NCBI GenBank assembly: GCA_020536535.1
Contig: JAHLWZ010000346.1
Coordinates: forward strand, 17,872-81,871
DNA length: 64,000 nucleotides
Source of the DNA: Pelomyxa schiedti
Lineage: Eukaryota; Protista; Evosea
Direction: 5' to 3'
In this document: positions 1 to 11,558 of the stretch, one piece after another
How positions within the stretch are numbered: position 1 is the stretch's first letter
Layout of the letters: every line of letters begins with the position of its first letter
Translations under genes and position numbers: made by a program
The notes under the pieces: generated by a model
Seen by the model: only the letters and a program-made list of their open reading frames with translations
Told to the model about the DNA's origin: nothing
Databases searched by the model: none

Positions 1-697
1 ACCCGCAAGTTCGCAGGCACAACCACCATCACCCATTTTACCTACGGTTGTCTCTGTGGCTCAACCCAAACCAAGCCATGCCACACAGCAACCTATTGTA
101 CTTCCAGAAAAATCTGCCAGCTCACTTCAGGCTAAAATGGCAGCCTTTAACGGCAAATTCCCAGCTTTCTGGGCGAATTGTAAAGAAACCTCCTCTGATC
201 AACCTGCACCCCAAAGTACCCCTGCCACTGCCGCGATTCCCCAAGTTCCTATGTAACATCCCAATTCTCTTTCAATTCGAATTCCTTAACTCCCGACGAC
301 TAATAGATGTCACAGGCACAATGACAGTGTCAGTGATGACTGTGCCGAGGGTGAAGATGAACTGGACCCTACATTCAAGTCTCTGCTTGAGAAAGAAATA
401 AGTGCCTTCAGACAAGCTCTCGAATCCTCTTACAAACAGGTAGCCCCGTAAGACAATACTATAACCCCTAACACCATCAAACAGGTACCACGCCAGAAAG
501 TGAAGCCAAATCCACATTCCTCCTCCGCACTTGTTGAAATGTGCCGGAATTCTTTGCAAGCTTCTAAGCAACCTGGTACTCCCGCAAACACCAGCAATAA
601 CACCAACGCCGGTACCAACCTAAACACAACCTTAAATGCAAATACCCCCCTGAAACCAACAGCAAAAGCCCCACCAAAACGGCCCAATAAAGCTTAG
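1..697 (+). CDS. 3' part of an intron-containing gene; low-complexity protein with a FAM193-C-like acidic helix
   Basis: Spliced reading ...EDELDPTFKSLLEKEISAFRQALESSYKQ|VPRQKVKPNP...KA* (GT-AG intron ~440-485, TAG ending at 697). The D-E-L-D-P...E-x-E-I-x-x-F-R motif resembles FAM193 C-terminal-like motifs. The 5' end lies outside the window. Confidence 0.4.
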
Positions 698-745
698 GTT
701 CGATATGAATCCCAAAACAATTTTTTATGTGTCCTTTTCTTTCTC

Positions 746-3659
746 CTACGGTTTCTTCTTGAATGGATAGGCATCACAGGCTTGTGGTTTGTAGTTTTGT
801 ATGGAGTCATAGAGCCACTGTAAAAGAACAATCAGATGAGAGGAGAAAAGAGAAGCTCTGGACCCACCGATTCAGAAACCAATGGGCATTTACAAGGCTT
901 ATTGGGGGACAGAATGCATAAAGTAGCATCTTTCAGCTGCTGGGTCTGTTTTAGGTGTGAGCGAAAAGGAGAGAATTGCGGTTGCGAATTTACGGTTGCT
1001 CCCCCTGCAAGTTTAATGAGTTCTTCTAACGATTCACGGCTGGAGTTTGTTCCTGATCCCAGAAAAATTGTAAAACCATGGAATATCCCGGGTGTGCCAT
1101 TCTCTATTTATGGATTCAGCAGGAAACTTACTAGTCACCAGAATTCAAAACCATGAGCTTTTCTGGAGACACTAGCTCCAGGGAATGTTGCCTTCATCTC
1201 AAACTCTTCCTCTGAAAGTAGTTTATTGGCTTCATGGCTCCTTGATAGCCACTTAACATCCAAAACCCACAAACCTGCAATTTCTCTGTTTTATTTGTTG
1301 TACAAAGGCAAAGCCTACCTTTCGCAATTGCGGTCATCAATTTCAAGCTTCTTCTATCTGAGCCACATAAGAGGTGGGTTGTATGTTCCTCAATTTCAGG
1401 TGTGCAGTCTCCACCCAGGTCTGAAACCATTTGTTCGAGTTTTCTAGAGGGTTGGCCAATCAAAAACTGATAAAAGAATTAAAACAAATAATGATATCAC
1501 TAGACAATCAAATAGTCCTCAAATAATACAAATCCCTTCCCTCAAACAACAGAAAAGAAAATATTCATTTCAGCAACCTTTTTTGCGAGACTAGTGTAAA
1601 AGTGCACACAAATGGTTTGTTTCCCACACTCATAGTTGAGTCCCTTGGTAAGATGGGTGAAGGGCAAGGCGGCGTTCTGGAAGTGCCATCCTTATTTACT
1701 GGTTTTGTGCCTTTGTGAGAAACATGCCTCTTGTGAGATTTCGTTTTCTACAAGGTGTCAGTCTTTCCTTATAAGTTTGCTTGTTAAAAAACCTCATCCG
1801 AAGATTGAGAACTACTTGAGGAACTCCCGGAGCTCCTTGAATAACTAGAATCTGTGTTGCTCCCACTACTTGAATCGGAGTCTGATACTTCAATTCTTCT
1901 TTTGCTCTTTTTCGTGGCTTGCGGCACTACTTTTGTGACCTGTGTCGCAGAGTGCTTGCTAGTTTGAGGTGCTGTAACAGTCTGCTTCTCTGACGTTGGG
2001 ATCTCACTGTCTGACATCGAGGTATCGTTCGCATCAATGGATTTGAAAGGAGCAGCAGTTTCCGGAGGACCAACTGGGGGTGCTTCACAACTTTGACCTG
2101 TGTTCTTTATTTCAGGTTTGGAAGGCGGTGCTATGCCAGGGTCAACTTTTTCTGGATTGTCATTGTTGATACTAAGATGAGGGTCCGTAGGTTCCACAGT
2201 TGTCGCGCTCACATCACAATTACTTTTTTCAGCTTCATTGAGACTAAATGTTGGCATATCATCCAAGGCACCTTGGATTGTATCTGGATCTCCAGTAGTA
2301 ATTGTATTTTCTGGCATTTCAGTTTCAGCACCATTGTCAATTTGTGCCTGGTCGGCATGGTCCGTGGAGATGGGTGCAATCTCATCCTGTGAGCTTGTCT
2401 GCAGGTGTAACTCGATTACTTTTTCAGGTTCAGGATTATTAGGGTCTATCTCAGTGGATTTGTCTTTTGATGTATCTGGGCTTGTCAGATCGGCATCTTG
2501 CAATGGCTGTCCAACGTCTTGAGAGACGGAAGTATCCTGAGTTGTGCGCTGGTGTTGTTGTTGTAGAATCTCAGGTTGTGCCTCCTGTCTCGGACTTGCA
2601 GATGCTGAGGAACTTCCAGTACTTTTCTTTGACATTTCCAACGGCTTTTCGGTACGGTCGTCGCTCTTCATCATGACAACAGACTTTACCAAATCCAGCT
2701 GGGCAGAGTTTTCTTGTTGTATTTCTTCCACCATTTCCTTCTGTGAGGCGTGAGTGTTCTGTGGTTCCAATACCAAAATAGGCAGTTTTTCGCATTCCTG
2801 CTTGGCGATGGCGGCACCATTTCCGCCGAAACTGTTGCTTCTGCTGCTGTTGTTGGAGGTAGTTGTGGCCGTGTTTGTTGTGCTTGTCGTTTTGATGTTA
2901 TTGTTGCTGCAGCTGTCACTTTTGATACCAGTTCCGCTGCTGCCTGTGTTACTTATGGGAGAACACACAGCTCCACTCACAACTGGTTTGGCAGATTCGA
3001 AGCCAATTGAGGCAGTTGATGGAACTAGAGATAGCGGGCTGAAAGTGGGAAACGCGGCATTAGCATTAGTATTAGCACTAGCATTAGAACCAGTGATTGC
3101 AACAGGGGGAGAATCGTGGGTGGACTTGAGCAGAGCCTGCTGAGTGCAGGCACAAAGCAGCGAGATGTGAGTGGGTTGGCGCAGGGGAATAGACTGTGAG
3201 GAAGAAATAGGGGGCTGCAGTTGCATTTGCATTTGCATCTGCGGGGGTGGTTGACTTAATGGTGGCTGCTGTTGTTGTTGCTGTTGTTGTTGGAGTGAGA
3301 GGGCGAGGGTGCTTGTGGTAGTATTAGATTTGGGCCTGGGGATTCGGCAGGCCTTGATCCAAAATGATTTGACTCTCAGGCGCTCGACCAGAGTGGCTTC
3401 TGGCCACACTTCACCAAGCAAGCTGAGGAGTTCCTTTTTTTTGGAGGGGGAAGGCAGAAAGGCATGAGTGGTTGGTCTTAGTTTTTTTTTAAATCTGGCT
3501 GCTTCCAGACGACCGGGAAGAACAGCACAACAAACATACCACATCACTAAAAAAAAAAGACGGAAACAAAACAGGTCCTACTTGTTCAGTTGTTATGGCG
3601 TCGGGGTCAATGTCGAGGTTTCGCACCTCGGCCTCGAACCGAGACCCGGCTGTGTCCAT
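746..3659 (-). CDS. Tandem C-terminal BRCT-domain protein with long Ser/Thr/Gln-rich disordered N-terminal region (MCPH1/MDC1-like architecture)
   Basis: BRCT1: LEQMVSDLGG...TTHLLCGSDRRSLKLMTAIAKG|..WLSRS (~1200-1460). BRCT2: IFHGFTIFLG...LEELIKLAGGAT|..LVSES|WLYDSI, then stop at 746-748. Large low-complexity exon in ORF 1784..3547. First exon MDTAGSRFEAEVRNLDIDPDAITTEQ starts at 3659. Confidence 0.75.
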
Positions 3660-3931
3660 CCTACGCAGGTAATTGATCTAAAATCTACTAGAAATGCCCT
3701 TAGTTCATCGAAGAGGTTCAGAAAGTATGGGAGTCAGGAATGGGAGTTCACTGTGACGATATTGTTGACAGCTGATTGAACAGCCATCAGTCGGGAATCA
3801 CTCACTTGGAAGATGTCTGATGAGTTTGTTTCGTTTTTGAAACGGCACGGTGCTGCTGTCCGTTTTACGGTAATGGCCGTAGCTCTGAGACAAGAAGAAA
3901 AAAAAGAAAGAAAGAAATGACTTGCCGTACG

Positions 3932-6900
3932 ATGATGGCCGCAAGTGATCCAATTGGTTCTGGAATTGATCCCGACATCACACATCACCTGGGTCAGTAT
4001 GATTGTCACGCCAGCACACTCATTTTTTTTTTTTTTTGAAAAACCCTTTGCACTGCTGTTGGTGGGAGATCTCTCACGTATTTTTCAAGAGGTTCTGGAG
4101 TTGTTAACCAAGCAGTACCCAAGCATACATGCTGCATCTAACGAGATAGTGAAACTGAGATCCATTTTGACTTTGCCAAAAGGCACAGAGTACTGTGAGT
4201 TTCCTCCACTTTACCTTTATGGCCTAACTGTGTTTCTCATTACGAGCGTTCAGTCATGTCAGGTATTCGCTTTACTTTATTCCCCCGTTATACATGGTAC
4301 ATGGTTCAAGCTTCTCCTTCGAAGATATACATGGTGAATACGAGGCTTTTTGCCACTTCATGAGGAACGGCAGTGGGATCATTAGGGAGAAAATCGAAGA
4401 CCTCTTTGTAACTGAGCTGAGTGAGGAAGACCGTAAACATCTCGCGTTCATAGTCTATTACCCAGGCGAGTTCAATAGACAACTATTCTGATCTAATCGA
4501 CATGTCAGAGCACAAGCTGCCTGAACTTCTTAGGGCATCCACAAATCCTTCTCTCTTCTTGAAGACTGTCCTTGCAAATTTAATTAAATTGACTCGCTAT
4601 GTGGGACTCAAATACAGCCAGTCAAAGGTTTTCAAGTTTTCTTTCTGGGAGATCTAAGAACAAAACTCAGATGAGAAAATCGGTATCCCCGCATCACCGT
4701 GACCTTATTTTAGAGTTACTCTCTGAGAGGGAAAGTACGGAAGCCAGACAACCCTATTTTGAAGGCACTCTTGAAATAGTAGTAGTATTATCCAATAACA
4801 GTTAGATTAGCTCTTCTTGAAAACATTGTTGAGCTTGGAGAAGCAACTTCACTTATTACATCTCTGGCAGAAACAATCCGAACCCTTGCCGTTGATCACT
4901 TGCACATACTTGGTGATGTAATTCTTCCGTTTTTGCTCATTTTATAGCCTACCTATCAAATAGATATTCGACCGTGGCCCAGGGGCTCACATAATCTTGG
5001 ATAGTTTGATGCGACAAAATAAGGACCAACTAGATATTGTTTGGGGGTACCAAGTGTATGTGTCTCCATTAGGTTTAATGCGTGTTCAGAAACCATGAAA
5101 TGATGTGGCTTGGCGCTGCTGCTGGCAGTGCAGCACTTGTATGCCATGTACTACGTGTGTCTCTTGCATATGGAAATTTGGAAACACTTGAGGTGCCTAC
5201 GTCCGCCATGAGGTCCTCGATTTCCCTTACATTCATTATTGAAAGAGTGCGTACGGAATTGACTTATTACCACTTGCAACATTTGCTATGGAGACTTATG
5301 CTGATGACCCATGTGAAAAGTTCTTTCTACTCTGTGAGACATAACAGTGTAACGCATAAAAAGATTCATGCCAAAGATAAGTGAAGTGCTTCCTGCTGAC
5401 CAACCTTATATCCCTTCAAGTAAAGTACCAACAATTGGTGAAAAAAGACTGCTCGCAAAAATGCATAAGGTAGGAACTTCACATTTTCAATAACGAGTTT
5501 ATTCTTTTTAGGCGGTAGCAATACTCCAATTCAAACTGGAGGGCCAGGTATTTTCTTTACCGAATTAAATCGGTTGTAATGCCGGCAAGTTGATACACAG
5601 GAGGCCCGAATTTGACATGGGAAATCGTCTACTTCTAGATAAGGTAGATCCCGCCACAGGCACAATCCAAATTGCTGGAAATCAGTACCATCTTATCGAT
5701 ACTTTATTCCCAACTGTGTCTCTAAATTCAACTTCGTCAAGGTATTTGTTAAACTGCATCTCATAATTAACATCTGCACTTTATTTTCGCAGCCCTTGTA
5801 CGTGTGTTTGGTGCTCTAGCAGTGACAGGGAGTCCGTGACACTACAAGGTACACCCGTGTGTCCAAGAACTCCTCTTCCATCAGCATACAGTCTCACTCC
5901 ATCGGAGTCACTGCTCGTTGATAAGTAATTATGCAAGTGCATTGACATTTTCTAATTGCACTCAGACTTGTTGGGTCCTTTCTTTCAAGCTCGAAATTGC
6001 AACAACATGCCCGATTTCTGTTTTGTCGCGGCTCTATGTATCTTAAGTATAATGGAAATTTATTATTCCATGGCGGCATACCTCTCAATTCTGATGGAGC
6101 CTTACAAGTATTCTGGAAAAGGTTATTATTTTTTCACTTTAATTCTTCACCAGAAACTTCATATCGAGGGCCAAGTGTATGAAGGGAAAGAACTTATGGA
6201 CAAATTAGAACGAACAGTGAGGGCTGGCTATTTTCTTCCTGTAATGTATTCGCCACTCTTCAACCTACTGACTACACTAGACTGGACACCCACAAAAATC
6301 ATTTGGACAAGGTTGTTTCTTTCTTTCTTTTTCCCTCTGTTTTTACATTCTTAGATACTATGTGGTATTTATGGGTTGGTGAGTTTTCCCCCCTTTATGG
6401 GAGGAAAAAAATGGCTACCTTCGAGAGGTTGTTTATTCGGGAAGAGGCCACTTGGGCGGTATAACCTATTTTTTCACTCTGTCTAACATGATTACAGGAG
6501 GGCCATACACCATATTATACATTTAGAGACAAAATAACAGCTGTGGAATCCATCCTTCAAAATTTCGGGTTAGAGCCCAATAGTGGTCACATTATCAATG
6601 GTAAGCTAATAACCCATTTTTATGGTCAACGTTTTCCTAGGGCATGTCCCTGTCAAGGTGACTAGAGGGGAATCACCAGTAAAAGCGAGTGGAAAACTTC
6701 TTGTGATAGATGGTGGTATGAGCAAAGCGTATCAAAAAGAGACTGGGATTGCCGGTATACAGACCTCGTTCTTTATAGTTCTAAATCACCTCAGGGTATA
6801 CACTGGTTTACAACAGCTGGGGATTAATGCTCATTTCTCATCAACCCTTTGTCTCTGTCATGCGTGCTATTGAGAAAGAAATTGATATTGTCTCAGTTGC

Positions 6901-7123
6901 ACGAGTTATTGAGCGGAACGAGGAACCAAGCCCAAGCAGCGTCTCTGAGGGGGTAGAATCTTCGTCTCTTCCCGGCGGTACCACTTCCGTTGTGAAACTA
7001 GCACCGCACAAGAGAATTCGGGTTGCTGATACTGACCAAGGCAAAAAAGTAGCTGCCCAAATAAAGTACCTTCTGATGCTCCGTGCTGCCTACCAACATG
7101 GTTACTTGAAGGAACTGTCTTGA
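3932..7123 (+). CDS. fbp: Class III (Firmicute/YydE-type) fructose-1,6-bisphosphatase, multi-intron
   Basis: Spliced motifs [44 protein letters not shown]; [14 protein letters not shown]; [14 protein letters not shown]; [16 protein letters not shown]; [43 protein letters not shown]; RVADTDQG. These are colinear with the bacterial FBPase_2 (PF06874) family. Confidence 0.93.
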
Positions 7124-7274
7124 ACTCTGGCAAAAAAATAAGCAAGAATAATAAAAAAAAAACTTCTGATAGTATTATCCCAAAACCAATTGACTTCTAT
7201 AGTCCAATTGTTGAGAGAAGATAAAGTAGGGTGGTGGTACAGTGTGGTGTGTTTGTTATGAAAGTCCCTAGGGA

Positions 7275-10200
7275 CTATTGCCAGATGAGAAGGGTGGTGG
7301 AGCCTTCACCAACAGAGGCCCATATTGTAACTGGGTTGGTGCAAACCAGTCCAGCTGTTTCGGCCACCACAAAAGTGTGCAGTGGTCTGTTTCTGTGTGA
7401 ATTGGGGTTTGTTGGAGTTGGCGTTGGTGTTTGTGTTGTTTGTGGTGATTGCAGTTGGTTCGTTGTGGTTGGTGCAGTAGAAGACAAATCCGGATGTGTA
7501 AGAACGGTTTCCGTGTTAGGTGGTTGTACTGCCGGCCTGTTTGGGGTGAGAACTTGCAAGCACTTGGGATCCTTCCTGTTCCACACAAGGAGTTTTCCAT
7601 CCTGCTGTAGTGCTATTACAAAGTCAGACAGTGTGCGCACTGCCACAATGGAGTTGGTTTGTTGGGCTGGACCGGTTTTAATAGAACCCACAGAGCCTTG
7701 CGTCGTTGTACCACTGCTAATCACCGCTGTCGGGGTGTGGGGTTCTCCCAGCCTTTCAAAGCATTGAACAGCCACACCAGTGTTGATATCCAGCGAAATG
7801 AGAGAAGAGCCCTGAGCAACTAGAATAAAAGATTCTGACCACACATTGGCCATGCTAGTGACAGATTCACTTTGCAGGCGAATGACCCGTACCAGAGTGA
7901 GGTTATGTGCATCAAACACGATTATAAGGCCCGAACTAGTGCCTATCCACAATTCATTACAGTGTTGGGTTGCGCACGTAGCGATTCCATCAATCTGTGT
8001 TTTGATAGTGTCCTTTGAAGCGGAATCACCAGACAGGAGAACAGCATGTGAGGTTGAAGATGTTACTGAAACCACAAGGGCCTTGGCATCTGTTGAGTTT
8101 TCAATGTGTACTGGCATTATGATTTGTATGCGTGAAGATACCTTCTTTTTTTTTTCTGTAAGTTTACAAATAGATGAAATTAGGACACACAGTTCCGAGG
8201 AAACTGCAATCCCTCTTTGAAATTGTGTGTGAAAGGATATCAACGTCGTACAACTCGGAATTTTCAGACGAGCACAGGACAGAATGGCCCACCATCGTCA
8301 TGCAGAAAATTGGTGTTTTATGTATAGTCACAGAACAAGAGAAATCACTTGTATCTCGATAGATCAATATTTCTCCAGTACTGAGACCAACCCATATTTC
8401 ACCTGTTCCGACTGATGCTATGCTACAAACCTTTTTTTTGTGTTTAGCTGGAAGGAAGTACTTGAGGAAAATTTTTCACCATTTGTTCAACTGGTAACGT
8501 AGAGGAACTGAGACCAGAAAGAATGTCCACTGAGATCTTTCTTTGAGTGCCTATTGGTTTGTTATTTGATTCATTGAAAATGTTAAGGAGGAAACCTATG
8601 AAATGGTGAATTTTAGGTGAACTGGATGTCCTCGTGATAGTGTTTGGGGAGGAAGATTTCAGCTCTCCATCATCCATTTCAAATGGAAGTGCTTCCTCTG
8701 TGGCCAGTGGACTGCTGCCTTGAACAGACATGCTAGACTCTGAAACGGGGGACACTTCTGCACTCGGAGTGGCGTTGCTAGGCATTTGAGGTGACGGTCT
8801 TCTCCTAGCGGCTTGCCTTGACATAGAAAATAAGAAGGCAATTGAGAAAATGGGAAAACCATGACTTGCTTGGCACAGTGGGTGTTGGGACTGAAGTTCC
8901 ACTTCTTGTGTAATTTTTCCAAAAGTAAAATTGATACTTCTTACTTGTCACGGAGGCTGGAGGATTCTGGATCTGGTGAAACCACATTCAGGTCAGATGG
9001 GTCCATGGTTTCAATGTAAAGACAGGCCGAAACTAGGTGTGTGTAAAAACAAAATCCTTCACCGATGCGCTCTTCCATGTCAGCAAACCTACTTACAAAC
9101 GTGACAATTAGTTAGGGAGCAACTCTTAAGATGGTAGGTGACGGTTTGTTTTGGATATGATGTATTTGAAATAACTCGTGAGAGATTGGCTTGAATGACA
9201 ATATAGATAAAGAGCGGTAAAAAGTCGTCAGCACCAGCTGAACTTCCAGAGGTCTGCAAGGCATCTATTTGAGTGACAGTAATGCCAAGTGAGATGCTCA
9301 TCGCTTAAGAAAGTAGGAAATGACAGTACATATAACAACTTTGCATGCTTTTAAAATACATGCTATTTTCTCGTAAGGTGTATAAACCTTGTCCATAGCT
9401 TCCAGCTCTGGAAGTGATTGAGTGCATATCATTTTTAAGGGAGATACCTTCAATAGACGAGCGAATCAAGCTTGCATCTATTGGAATTTTAATTTCCATT
9501 GTGCTAAGAGTCACAACTGGCTTCAGTCTTGCAACTTGTTGTTGGAATTTGTTGTCCTTTTCTTGAAAAGCTCTTTTGAAAAAAATACTTGGTAAAGTGA
9601 GGAGACAGCCGATTCAAATGGAGGTGAAAACCAGTTATATAAGTGGCCAAAGACATATCGCTTCATGCTTGCCTTGGCTTTTACAAATTCGTTTGATGGC
9701 ATAGTGCACCAGGGAGGCTTAATTTTCATCGTATATTCAGCAGATGCCAAGAAGTCATTGAGTATTTTAGATTCATCATCCAACGGAAGCCTTTTAGTGC
9801 GTTTCTCAAATGTGCGAATGAACCTTTGTGTTATCAGAAAAGGTACATTATTTGAAGTGGTACATTTCAACAACAGCTTTTATCTCTTTGCACAACGGTG
9901 TTGTTAATATATGTGAAAATGAGTACTCGGGTAGCTCGTCAGTATTAGTCCAATATATTTCCTAAGTCTGTAAGAAATTGCTGGATTTTAATGAAATGCA
10001 CCACCTACCTTATTTTTTGAAGGTTTCACTTTTGACTTGTCATCTGGAATCTTCCTCTTTTTGGCTTTTGTAGACTTGTCATCCTGCTTTTGATATGATT
10101 AAAGATGACACTACCTGCGCATATTACTTTCTTATGCTTTGATTCTCTATCCCTGGTCTTTCCGTCAGCTCCTTCTTTCAATATTGATGGTATTGGAGGA

Positions 10201-11222
10201 GGATTTTTTGGAGGGGGAGGTATGATCATGTTGGTTGTTTCAGTTTGTGCCCTCTTTGAGGGAGGTGCAGTCGGAGGTGATCCAGTACGAATCGGTGAGG
10301 GTACTGGAGGGGGTTCTGAGGGAGGGAGCATGAGCTGAAATATTTGTGAATGTCCACTTGCCGGTATTTCCATAGAGGAAACGGATGTTTTGAGGGGCTC
10401 CTCAAACGGTACCTTGCTACGAGGGAGCAGTGGTGGCGGGGTGACAATAGATGGAGGTATTGGTGGAGGAGTAGACGGTGGTGGCATTAGGGATACAATT
10501 GCCGTTGGAGATTTTGGTGAACTACCAGGAGGGACAGATGGGGACATAGAAAGGTTTTTTGACCCAATATCCTGTGATACTGTAGGTTCAGGATCAGAGA
10601 GATCACCCCTGGAATGGACAAGCAGTAACCGCCGTTCTTGTGATGTTGTTCGTGATAACTTTGGGGATGCAGTAATGAAGACACTCTAAGAACCGATGGA
10701 TAAGTTAATTTTTTGTTGTTTAATGGAGGTATACCCGTCTATTGTTTGAATCCGGTCTAGGGCAACTAGTATCCACAAATTGGGGTGAAGAACAAGGTGC
10801 CTGATACCTTGCAAGGAGTAAGTACCCAAACAGAGGTCCGAAAGAAAAAAAAAAAGAAGGTGACATACACTAGGCTCTGTGCGCGCTCAGCAGAATACAT
10901 TGCCACAAAAGTCAACTTAGCGTTGTTTCTCACCAGTACCACAGGTCCAGCATGTGGTTGCCTATATGCACTGCCACAAAGTCTCTCCATCAAGTTGACC
11001 CACAAACGAGAATCCTCACCAACTGCCTTTATCCTCCTACATGTGCTGCACACAGCCAACAAATCTGATCCACCAATAAATAGGGATTTCAAGGCAAGGG
11101 GAAACAAAAAATTTTGCACCAATTGAAAACAAGCAATATAAAACAACACAAGCAGTGGCCTTACCTCGAAGAGGAAGATACAAAAAGCACCTCACGAGCA
11201 AATCCGAAGACAATTTTTCCAT
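7275..11222 (-). CDS. F-box + Pro-rich + VPS9 (Rab5-type GEF) + C-terminal beta-propeller-like protein
   Basis: N-terminal MEKLSSDLLVRCFLYLPLRG|SDLLAVCSTCRRI....DSRLW (F-box). Pro-rich exon 10026-10547. VPS9 signature GADDFLPLFIYIVIQAN...FYTHLVSACLYIE (~9000-9240). WD/CNH-like strands (LWIGTSSG.I.VFD; LLVW) in 7275-8450. Confidence 0.8.
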
Positions 11223-11558
11223 AAGGACAGAGATCTCGTATCCTCAATGGTTTTCTCACGCCGTAAATGAAAAATACGCTCACAGCGTACGTGCCCCGGT
11301 ACTGCCCGCGTATCTGAGTTTTTGTAATAGTGCTGCTTCTTGATTTCTGATTGTTTTCTTCTTCTGTTTTTTGGATCCCTGATGTTTTCTTCTTCTTTCG
11401 CTCGACAACGAAAATTCGGTGACAACACCCAAAAAAAGACAACGAGACGAAATTAAAGATACCGAAGCTACAATATTTTTTTTCACAGGGTTATAGCAAG
11501 TGATACAAACAACATAGTGGTGTTGCACTCTGGGAAGCCAGTCAATGTCATGAGCTCA

